Source: an uncultured Clostridia bacterium
GTDB taxonomy: Bacteria; Bacillota; Clostridia; Christensenellales; UBA1242
Assembly: GCA_937895935.1 (NCBI GenBank)
Contig: CALBKX010000005.1
Coordinates: 1 to 63,149, forward strand
DNA length: 63,149 nucleotides
Reading direction: 5' to 3'
Made by a program: the position numbers and the translations under genes. This document shows positions 11,301 to 16,666 of the stretch, piece by piece. Below the pieces are notes generated by a model. It did not search any database. It worked only from the letters and a program-made list of their open reading frames with translations, and was not told the origin of the DNA. Positions within the stretch are counted from its first letter, which is position 1, and each line of letters begins with the position of its first letter.

Positions 11301-11926
11301 GTTAAACCCTCAAAAATTGTAAAAGGCATAAACAAGTCGCCATTATCTAATTTTTCAGCTTTTATGTTTTGCAAATTAGTCAAAATTGCATCAGTATCAA
11401 TTGAAGAGAAATCAAGACCTAAATCTAAATTAATGCCAAGTAATGGTATTAAATCACTAATTTTTGAAAGACTTTCCACTTCCAATTTAATTTTCATTGT
11501 TTCATTAGAAACATATAGTGTTTTATCTAAAAAGTATATATTTAAAGTAATGTTATTGTTTTCATAACTTATATTTAACTTTCCACAAATTTTTATATTT
11601 TCTAAATCTTGTAAACTTAAGTTACCCTCAAATTTAACAATAATTTTATTGTTTTGGTCACTATAATTTAAACTATCAACATCATTAGTTTTGTCATCAT
11701 TTAGTTCCAACTCTAAATTTAAAGATGTTGAATCAATAGTCAATAAATTATTTAAAAGTTTTTCCCCATCAGATTCTTCTTGAGTGTCATCATTATCTTT
11801 TATGATTTGATTAGTTTGTGTTGGTGATGAACCTTTATAAAAAATGTTGTCTAAAGCAACTGTACCAAATGCTGTTCCAGTTGTAACTAAAAAGAATACA
11901 GAAAAAAATAATAAAAATTTACTCAT
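5399..11926 (-). CDS. Giant secreted repeat protein (about 2175 aa) with an N-terminal signal peptide, tandem ~490-aa modules and C-terminal Listeria-Bacteroides (Flg_new-type) repeats
   Basis: Signal peptide MSKFLLFFSVFFLVTTGTAFG. Internal modules are related, e.g. NGDIYANFADC...RIFVAYGDYKISVKFDKINSIIELVQ versus NGQIYANLKEC...RIYVSLGNLNLSVEFDKVTSIVELVQ. C-terminal repeats: FEGWYTS...ILYAKW, FDGWFTD...LTLFAKW, FNGYFVG...NIVASW, ...VELFAVW. Start set at ATG 11924-11926; the track ORF begins at a GTG at 11959 that has no RBS. Confidence 0.85.
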   Translation of the reverse strand: MSKFLLFFSVFFLVTTGTAFGTVALDNIFYKGSSPTQTNQIIKDNDDTQEESDGEKLLNNLLTIDSTSLNLELELNDDKTNDVDSLNYSDQNNKIIVKFEGNLSLQDLENIKICGKLNISYENNNITLNIYFLDKTLYVSNETMKIKLEVESLSKISDLIPLLGINLDLGLDFSSIDTDAILTNLQNIKAEKLDNGDLFMPFTIFEGLTLNIYTNDKYEVKNIQANNLKLAQKIINLNAGLEKSYLEITEPENSSEFTNVTKMVNLIDNAKEIITNKKLHLNVNASISDKQTIQAMGNLDIDFSSNTNVYAYFNVDYNNSNYAIKLGYINDTLYLQLNDYKFCIEKDDFTSVLTNIFSLLNIDKTPGEILNLIKSLPKIILYKLKDLNFNKLIEIANNESDYVVTILGEQFGLNSNLTFNLSFDNYEKLSGIKVCDLKIDNYNLNLDLDYNTNANIPTLNKDEFNTYKNVEKFVKSILASINEIKTDKVLKLKINKTDITLNDSTYSVNGDIYANFADCITEGSFDYTKINLYTNLNLSINNNPIILEIFIRDERIFVAYGDYKISVKFDKINSIIELVQKIIYIKDNANSNSNLQELWDSANNLKINTSIDYLSILSEILPGIDVGKIISGDFASLKISLLKNIEILNDKTIVTLDKELFNSSDDLSIEIKYNDKITDITIANLELKDIGVNGGISFVENINVPELKNDEFINIDSVSKIFEKTINDIVKILDSKQISLDLAGTAKIKLSEQESSKTELILDIKSGSKLKLDLSEVEFNENFDINKLRAYAQINAEMVVNKYENETLTKSTTQKHFIEFTLTNGTIYLKYNKINAKISVKSLKNAINEVLNILNINLEGKLPEINFDKNALTNLSLDIVKSLTINDSLVSINLDLSELNLGAELNDIILNVVYTEKNIDKIQLQNVNTSIVEIQNIELGFNEYSDIVEPTEKYLDLNNIEELITKIDNTINEFKDNKELSLNLNNVEIAIDNTKVKVNGQIYANLKECFEDTFDIKKISGYANINVLVNTTELNLEMYVQNQRIYVSLGNLNLSVEFDKVTSIVELVQRFIYFKNELAKGTDKTIQSIWDESKGQIVKQEIDIEELIKKYLPGLDFSKIKNKDFASLDISWLENLSILSDKTIIELSKDLFNSDENLILEILFNNKVSGLKISNLNLQNVKVNGGVEILNTITVPTLNKEKYSSLDSAENLVEKTIKNIVDIIDNKHISIELQGKIYHTVEERDADNLLTKSTVTTINMLSSSLAKLDWSEAFDNGVFEISKLKAYIKFEVETTTEKFSFENSTKKLLSTVQRQHSIDITCLNGTIYLKYNKMSVKINLDSINNIVDTISKILNTDLSLNVSNSVNFVELLEKLDVNSILSLNLSDLSLNGILNLNGLKLSLNENSNVVFSLDYSDVGLDKIFIENFSLSNNTVEKLQLKLNEFDSKFAIPSGNYINLNNIDKLLDAISNTTEFTDFEISGNINLKLKVIGINIDWNIPTIVKAKIGDNKLKEASITIGPIPVVPGVNDDVPFQAGNITSGIYAGLDRILNIYIKDDYVYFYRKETVPTILGVQDRTYEKKIMIHIDTLLDDPIYYILQYGMGFSGKIKDAISEAINKERINPVDYSNVLVDFTSTTNQYSLKLNLKELAENDKLDTMTLTVGTTAYNNKMVVENIGFDMYMPVASSVEITLKSNDLKHINIGKPLDLNYLYDYINSYKYKEGAAWAAYNGDWDITDLNKFTLSFKTNCDQTVESMSGAAGARITLPVLNNYYVDSASERVHYIFEGWYTSFDCEDGKEYKENEIPRKNTILYAKWSKRSQKYITINFVPNGGENIPDLIVLENSIINLPTYFELLTEETQESIVTKQFDGWFTDVDLEIPFDSNVAPNENLTLFAKWSIVDSKETYTVNIYDNNEKVLTRRVLEGKNILVSGAKFKDTTKYYLDSTYETEIDINTYIMPNTDISIYIKNEYNVNVTSIYGNVINQQMTKYQGDKISLVSQNSYYFDDGTQTERIIYTFNGYFVGDEKITDLSNFVMPNADINIVASWNKEIKLYYEVSFNVAWAKPDSWKDNNSNVFGKITCTTAPTKVSSIRFLAGTEFDPSKYTSSCVYKYKAMGIDKSYKFVVHSWSTESKKQLSYNSLATSATTESYTVLTNLKITDDVELFAVWKYQK
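5402..6703 (-). repeat. C-terminal array of Listeria-Bacteroides (Flg_new-like) repeats within the 2175-aa protein
   Basis: About five units (track residues ~1753-2186), each ending in an aromatic-x-W motif: LYAKW, LFAKW, IVASW, HSW, FAVW. Each is preceded by a F-[DEN]-G-[WY]-[FY] strand. Confidence 0.6.
7565..9079 (-). repeat. Tandem protein module B (~500 aa) of the 2175-aa protein
   Basis: Track residues ~961-1465 align by eye with residues ~470-960. The matches are divergent at the amino-acid level and the two copies are not identical DNA. Confidence 0.55.
9080..10552 (-). repeat. Tandem protein module A (~490 aa) of the 2175-aa protein
   Basis: Track residues ~470-960. Shared landmarks with module B at an offset of about 490-500 aa: GxIYANxxxC, TNGTIYLKYNKINAKIS / LNGTIYLKYNKMSVKIN, DFASLKISLL / DFASLDISWL. 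Confidence 0.55.
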
Positions 11927-11997
11927 ATATTTATAAACCTTTTTGTTTTCATTTATCACAAAGATTAAAATTCACTTTAGATTTTTAATCTTTTTAA

Positions 11998-13005
11998 TTA
12001 ATTTTTCGTTGAATTGTCAGTTAATGCAGGAATTGCAAAATTTCCATCATAAGTAAAAATATTGGTTAATGTAGCATTTGATTTTGCTCTAATTCCAACA
12101 TTAGCTGTATATTGCTCTTCACTTTCAAATTTTAAAATTCTGTAATCAGCATCAATCAAAAGTGTAATTTTAGGGTCAGAGGTAAAGTCAGGATAATCTT
12201 TTAACCCCCCAGTGTCTTTCATTGCTTTTACATAATTAACTACCGATTTGCTTTTGTCTAATGTAAGAGAGAATGTATAATTTCCATTTTCATCTTGTTG
12301 CACTTCGCTTTCAGTAACTACTGTTTTTGAAGAAACTATGTAAGTCATATATTCAAACAATGTTGCTCCATATCTTGTTTGATAATCTTTCATTGTTTTT
12401 ATATCATTTTCACCTGTGTTGTAATTTTGACCATCCCAAGTTATAGTGTTTCCATTTATTTTTCCACCATATTGTTTTATGGTTCCATCATTAACATAAT
12501 TTCTGTTTAACGCTTGAACATATTGGCTTATGCTAATTGTTTCAATAAATAAATTTTTTCCATTTCTTATTGTAAGTGAATCAATAGTTTGTTTTGCCTT
12601 TACAGGTCCAACTTGAGCAATAACTTCACCCTTTCCAACAATCTTTACATCTTCGTAGTTAAAAGTTTTATCAAATGCAAGCACGCAACATTTTGTTGCT
12701 CCAAGTTTAATTTGATTTTTATTTTTTGCTTCTTTTTTAATATCGTCAACATTATCCACCAAAGCAGATACAGCAAAATTATATCTATTTGGATCTAATT
12801 TCCCTCCTATGATATATTTCCCAATTCCCAAACCAAAAATAAAGCCCATTATAACAACTGAAGACATTGTTATCCAAAAACGTTTTTTTGACATTTTCTT
12901 TTTGATTTTAGATTTTTTATTTTTTCTTCTTTTAGAATCACTAATGCTTGTTTCATTAGTAACATTTAATGTGTCATTAATGTTTTGCATTTCTAATTTT
13001 TCCAT
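11998..13005 (-). CDS. Type-II (N-in) single-pass membrane protein, function unknown; first gene of the operon with the 2175-aa protein
   Basis: 335-aa ORF with a Lys/Arg-rich N-terminus (KRRKNKKSKIKKKMSKKR), one TM (FWITMSSVVIMGFIFGLGIG), then a ~270-aa extracytoplasmic domain. There is only a 71-nt gap to the next start and no hairpin in between. Confidence 0.65.
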   Translation of the reverse strand: MEKLEMQNINDTLNVTNETSISDSKRRKNKKSKIKKKMSKKRFWITMSSVVIMGFIFGLGIGKYIIGGKLDPNRYNFAVSALVDNVDDIKKEAKNKNQIKLGATKCCVLAFDKTFNYEDVKIVGKGEVIAQVGPVKAKQTIDSLTIRNGKNLFIETISISQYVQALNRNYVNDGTIKQYGGKINGNTITWDGQNYNTGENDIKTMKDYQTRYGATLFEYMTYIVSSKTVVTESEVQQDENGNYTFSLTLDKSKSVVNYVKAMKDTGGLKDYPDFTSDPKITLLIDADYRILKFESEEQYTANVGIRAKSNATLTNIFTYDGNFAIPALTDNSTKN

Positions 13006-13092
13006 TAGTGATTTCCCTTTTAATTTTTTTGCTTTTGTTTGAATTTTTAAAGTGTTTTTTTGTTTGCATTAAACTTATAGTTTACTGCTAAA

Positions 13093-13121
13093 ATTATACA
13101 ATTAATCTATGATGATTTAAA
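13093..13121 (-). promoter_or_regulatory. Candidate sigma-70-type promoter of the 335-aa / 2175-aa operon
   Basis: Minus strand reads TTTAAA-N17-TATAAT, with the -10 at 13093-13098. AT-rich background makes this weak evidence. Confidence 0.3.
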
Positions 13122-13139
13122 GGAATTTTTGATAAAAAT

Positions 13140-13200
13140 AATTCTCAACTTTAAGATTGCATATGAGAATCAATTTCAAAATTCTCATTTGACGAGAATT
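13140..13200. promoter_or_regulatory. Cluster of four AATTCTCA / TGAGAAT(T) half-sites (two inverted repeats); operator-like
   Basis: AATTCTCA at 13140-13147, TGAGAAT at 13164-13170, AATTCTCA at 13180-13187, GAGAATT at 13194-13200. All four fall within 61 bp, just upstream of the candidate promoter and downstream of the XRE regulator gene. Confidence 0.45.
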
Positions 13201-13295
13201 GTAGATTTTTATCAAATTTTTTATTAAATTAACACCAAAAAAAAACAAACAAAATCAAAGCTTTCTATTAATTTAAACACAATTGACATTTTGCA

Positions 13296-13336
13296 TAAAA
13301 AAGATAGTAATTTAATTAAATTAAAAATACTATCTT
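13296..13336 (-). terminator. Putative terminator after the XRE regulator gene
   Basis: 9-bp stem AAGATAGTA/TACTATCTT (13301-13309 and 13328-13336) with an AT-only 18-nt loop, followed on the minus strand by TTTTTTAT. Confidence 0.45.
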
Positions 13337-13347
13337 AAAAATTAAAT

Positions 13348-13950
13348 TTATTTTTGTTTTTTTTGTGGTAATTTTTTTAGTGTTTTTATAAAATAATTTA
13401 ATATTATTACAATTTGCACAGGAGCACCTATAAAAAATATTAACCATAGATTATAAGAAATAAAATGACAATAAAGAGCTGTTATGGCGGACCAAATAAA
13501 AAGCGAATCGATGTAAATTGAATATACTTTTTTACCCCATATATAATTGAAATATTTAAGTACAATTGAACTTGCAACAACCGCCCAAACAAAAGTTTGC
13601 CAATAACTATAATGATTATATATTTTTAAATACAAAAAGAAAACAACGGCAACAAGCCAAACAATAGAAACAGAAAGTGCTGTGCAGACAATTTTGTTTG
13701 CACTTTGATTTTTTTCTAAAAAACTCTTTTCGCCTTCTATATGTTCTTCAAATATGTATGTGATTGGAACATCTAAAGCATCACAAAGAGTTTGGAGTGT
13801 CCCCACATCTGGCAATGATTCGCCTTTTTCCCACCTAGAAATAGCCTTGTCAGAATAATTAACTATTTCTCCAAGTTCTATTTGAGTTAAATTTTTTTGC
13901 TTTCTTAAATTAACTAAATTAGTTGAAACAATTTCCTTTATGTTTTTCAT
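13348..13950 (-). CDS. Membrane-tethered XRE-family (HTH_3) transcriptional regulator
   Basis: N-terminal HTH: LRKQKNLTQIELGEIVNYSDKAISRWEKGESLPDVGTLQTLCDAL. The C-terminal half has about four TM segments: ALSVSIVWLVAVVFFLYL, FVWAVVASSIVL, LFIWSAITALYCHFI, LWLIFFIGAPVQIVIIL. Confidence 0.8.
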   Translation of the reverse strand: MKNIKEIVSTNLVNLRKQKNLTQIELGEIVNYSDKAISRWEKGESLPDVGTLQTLCDALDVPITYIFEEHIEGEKSFLEKNQSANKIVCTALSVSIVWLVAVVFFLYLKIYNHYSYWQTFVWAVVASSIVLKYFNYIWGKKVYSIYIDSLFIWSAITALYCHFISYNLWLIFFIGAPVQIVIILNYFIKTLKKLPQKKQK

Positions 13951-13992
13951 AGATATATTTTATCAATTAAAAATTAATTTTGCAATGATTTT

Positions 13993-15369
13993 TTAGTCAT
14001 TTAACGCTTCTTCCACCTGCATCATAATTGCACATTCAATTCTCTTTTTGAAAAGTTTACAGCCATATTCATATGTGCCTTTTATGTCGCCCGTAGAATG
14101 ATACGCGTTGGCTGCACACCCTCCACTACAATAAAGTTTTGCCCAACAATCTTTGCAATCAGGTCTTGCATAAGCATTGCACTTTTTGAAATCATTGACT
14201 AAATCTTTATTTTTAATTCCTTCATAAATATTGCCTAAACAATATTTTTCATCACCAACAAATTGATGGCAAGGATATAAATCACCCCAAGGTGTAACTG
14301 CCAAATATTCAGTGCCACTTCCACAGCCACTTATTCTTTTATAAATGCAAGGGCCGTGAGATAAATCAAGCATATAATGATAAAAAGTAATTGGTTTTCC
14401 TTCTTTTTTGCGTTTTAACATCTCTTTTGCTAAAAGTTCATATTGTTCGTAAAGTTTTGGTAAATCTTCTTCAGTTAAAGCATAACTTTCATTAGGTTTA
14501 CAAACTACAGGTTCCATACTAAGTTCGCTAAAGCCTAGGTCTGCCATATGGAAAATATCATTTGTAAAATCAACATTGTTATGCGTGAAAGTTCCTCTAA
14601 TATAATAATTTTTACCTTCACGTTTTTTTACTAATTCTTTAAATTTTGGAATTATAATGTCATAAGAACCCTCGCCTGTTATAGTTTTTCTTAAACTGTC
14701 GTGAATTTCTTTTCGACCGTCTAAACTTAAAACAACATTATGACATTCTTTGTTAGCAAAATCTATTACATCATCATTGATTCCTAAACCATTTGTTGTA
14801 AGTGTGAATCTAAAATTTTTATTATAATTGCCTTCAACACTTCTAGCATATTCAACGATTTTTTTAACGACATCAAAATTCATAAGAGGTTCTCCACCAA
14901 AAAAATCAACTTCTAAATTGTGCCTACTTCCTGAATTTTCAATAAGAAAATCTATTGCACGTTTCCCCACTTCAAAACTCATTAAGGCTCTATCCCCGTG
15001 ATATTTTCCTTGAGAAGCAAAACAATATTCGCAGTTTAAATTACAAGTATGAGCAACGTGCAAACAAAGTGCTTTTATAACATTGTTTCTGTTTTTAAAA
15101 TCAAAAGCCTTATCTTGATAAACATCTTCAGTAAAAAGTTTTTTCTCATTTTTTAACGTTTCAATATCTTGCAAGGTGTCCAATATCTCTTGCCTGTTGA
15201 TTGTGTTATCATTTTTATATTTTTTCAACATTAACTCAATAATTTTTTCTTTATCAATATTTTCATATAACTTAATTATATCATAGGCTAAATCATCGAC
15301 AGTGTGTACACTACCGCTAAACACATCAAGAACAATGTTGTGCCCATTTTGTTTATAACAATGAATCAT
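13993..15369 (-). CDS. scfB: Radical SAM/SPASM thioether-forming SCIFF peptide maturase
   Basis: CxxxCxxC cluster motif HTCNLNCEYC and GGEPL. Cys-rich SPASM C-terminus: CGSGTEYLAV...YPCHQF...CKDCWAKLYCSGGCAANAY. The N-terminus MIHCYKQNGHNIVLDV is typical of the family. Start at ATG 15367-15369 with a GGAG RBS; the track ORF starts at an upstream TTG. It lies immediately downstream of the SCIFF precursor. Confidence 0.85.
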   Translation of the reverse strand: MIHCYKQNGHNIVLDVFSGSVHTVDDLAYDIIKLYENIDKEKIIELMLKKYKNDNTINRQEILDTLQDIETLKNEKKLFTEDVYQDKAFDFKNRNNVIKALCLHVAHTCNLNCEYCFASQGKYHGDRALMSFEVGKRAIDFLIENSGSRHNLEVDFFGGEPLMNFDVVKKIVEYARSVEGNYNKNFRFTLTTNGLGINDDVIDFANKECHNVVLSLDGRKEIHDSLRKTITGEGSYDIIIPKFKELVKKREGKNYYIRGTFTHNNVDFTNDIFHMADLGFSELSMEPVVCKPNESYALTEEDLPKLYEQYELLAKEMLKRKKEGKPITFYHYMLDLSHGPCIYKRISGCGSGTEYLAVTPWGDLYPCHQFVGDEKYCLGNIYEGIKNKDLVNDFKKCNAYARPDCKDCWAKLYCSGGCAANAYHSTGDIKGTYEYGCKLFKKRIECAIMMQVEEALND

Positions 15370-15416
15370 ATTTTTTCTCCATAAATGTAAGTTGTATATA
15401 AAATTCAAAAAACCAC

Positions 15417-15438
15417 AAAAAAAGCCGATTGCTTCGGC
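15417..15438 (-). terminator. Short intercistronic hairpin plus U7 between the SCIFF precursor and maturase (likely a leaky terminator/attenuator)
   Basis: Minus strand reads GCCGA-AGCAA-TCGGC followed by TTTTTTTGTGGTTTTTT. It lies 27 nt after the precursor stop and 48 nt before the maturase start. Confidence 0.5.
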
Positions 15439-15464
15439 ATTTTTTGTAATTATTTTTTTATTTT

Positions 15465-15620
15465 TTACTTTTTAGCCATTGCTTTTTCGCATTGTTGATT
15501 AGCAACCCCGCAAGAAGTTTTACAAGCTGATTGACAAGAAGTTTGACATTCTCCACAACCACTTGTTTTTAAAGTTTGGTCAACTAATTTTCTAGTTTCA
15601 AGTGTTTTAATTCTTTTCAT
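15465..15620 (-). CDS. scfA: SCIFF (six-cysteines-in-forty-five) ranthipeptide precursor, 51 aa
   Basis: My translation: MKRIKTLETRKLVDQTLKTSGCGECQTSCQSACKTSCGVANQQCEKAMAKK. It has six Cys and the family core GCGECQTSCQSACKTSC. A GGAG RBS precedes the ATG. It is below the 60-aa cutoff of the supplied track. Confidence 0.9.
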   Translation of the reverse strand: MKRIKTLETRKLVDQTLKTSGCGECQTSCQSACKTSCGVANQQCEKAMAKK

Positions 15621-15646
15621 CTTAATCTCCTATTTAAACTTAATAC

Positions 15647-15676
15647 ATTTTAATATATATCAAATATTTTTGTCAA
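15647..15676 (-). promoter_or_regulatory. Candidate promoter of the SCIFF operon
   Basis: Minus strand reads TTGACA (15671-15676) -N18- TAAAAT (15647-15652), about 27 nt upstream of the scfA ATG. Confidence 0.5.
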
Positions 15677-15856
15677 ATGGAAAATAATGAAAATATTTGT
15701 TTATTAAAATCTTGTTTAAATCTTGCATATGAAAATATATACAACTATCCTACAATTTATTAATTATCCGCTATATGTATTTTTGTAAGATTAAAAAAAA
15801 TTAGCCTAATATTTACATAACTATATGCACATATTCTCATATACTCATTATTAATC

Positions 15857-15942
15857 TATAGGAAACAAATTTGCAACAAATTCTAGATTTGTGCTTATAT
15901 TTCTCTTAAAATTCCAATTTGTCGTTTACGGTGTTTCCTATA
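15857..15942. repeat. 11-bp perfect inverted repeat enclosing nested ACAAAT/ATTTGT pairs
   Basis: TATAGGAAACA (15857-15867) pairs with TGTTTCCTATA (15932-15942). The interior holds two ACAAAT and two ATTTGT copies (minus-strand sense). It sits in the 460-nt spacer between the rplQ terminator and the SCIFF promoter. Confidence 0.3.
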
Positions 15943-16084
15943 TAAAAAAATAATAAAAACAAATGTTGAAATGTTTTTGGAACAAAGGATGCTTAAACTT
16001 TAAGTGTCTTTTTGTCAGGACTTCGGGAACCCTACCAAAATGCAATTTTAATGTATAGTTTTGCAACGTTTTAGATATCAAAAT

Positions 16085-16115
16085 AAAAAAACCTCAAAAC
16101 AAATATGTTTTGAGG
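16085..16115 (-). terminator. Intrinsic terminator of the ribosomal super-operon (after rplQ)
   Basis: 9-bp stem CCTCAAAAC/GTTTTGAGG (16092-16100 and 16107-16115), followed on the minus strand by T7. It lies 33 nt past the rplQ stop. Confidence 0.8.
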
Positions 16116-16147
16116 ACTTTTAACTTTTGTTAGAAAGTGAACGCTTC

Positions 16148-16654
16148 CTAAATTAATTCTACGATTGCCATTTCAGCAGCATCACCACGGCGAGCTGAAG
16201 TTTTGATAACTCTTGTATAACCACCAAAATTTCCAACTTCTTTAGCACGTTCTGCGTATTTTGGAGCATAAACGTTAAAGATTTTTTCAATTAAAGCGTG
16301 ATTAACTCCATCAGTTCTTGCTTTAAAATCTGCAAGTTTTTCTTTTTCTTGACGTTGTTCATCAAAATCATATAAGAAAGCCATCATTTTACGTCTTGCA
16401 TTAAGTTTTTTAACGCCATCGTTAACTACTTCTTTTTCAACTTTTTTACCATCTACTGTAATTTGTTTTTTTACAGTAACATTGTCTTCATAAGAATTTA
16501 TTGCAAGAGTAAGTATTTTTTCAGCCTTAGATGCAACAGCTTTTGCTTTAGCTACAGTAGTTTCAATTCTACCATACCATAGCAAATAGCTAACTTGATT
16601 TCTAAGAACAGCCAATCTTTCTTTACTTGGTCTACCTAATTTGCTGTTAGCCAT
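16148..16654 (-). CDS. rplQ: 50S ribosomal protein L17 (long form with an internal insertion)
   Basis: GRPSKERLAVLRNQVSYLLWYGRIETTVAKAK and GGYTRVIKTSARRGDAAEMAIVELI. It is the last gene after rpoA. Confidence 0.95.
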   Translation of the reverse strand: MANSKLGRPSKERLAVLRNQVSYLLWYGRIETTVAKAKAVASKAEKILTLAINSYEDNVTVKKQITVDGKKVEKEVVNDGVKKLNARRKMMAFLYDFDEQRQEKEKLADFKARTDGVNHALIEKIFNVYAPKYAERAKEVGNFGGYTRVIKTSARRGDAAEMAIVELI

Positions 16655-16666
16655 TGTTTTCTCCTT

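Noticed and set aside
8010-11567. Plus-strand ORFs of 62-213 aa (for example 8241..8801, 8832..9446, 9450..10091) antisense to the 2175-aa gene.
   Set aside because: They lie entirely inside a far longer, well-supported minus-strand CDS. They are low-complexity F/L/S/I-rich translations, as expected from the complement of an N/K/I/E-rich AT-biased gene. None has an RBS or a recognisable motif.
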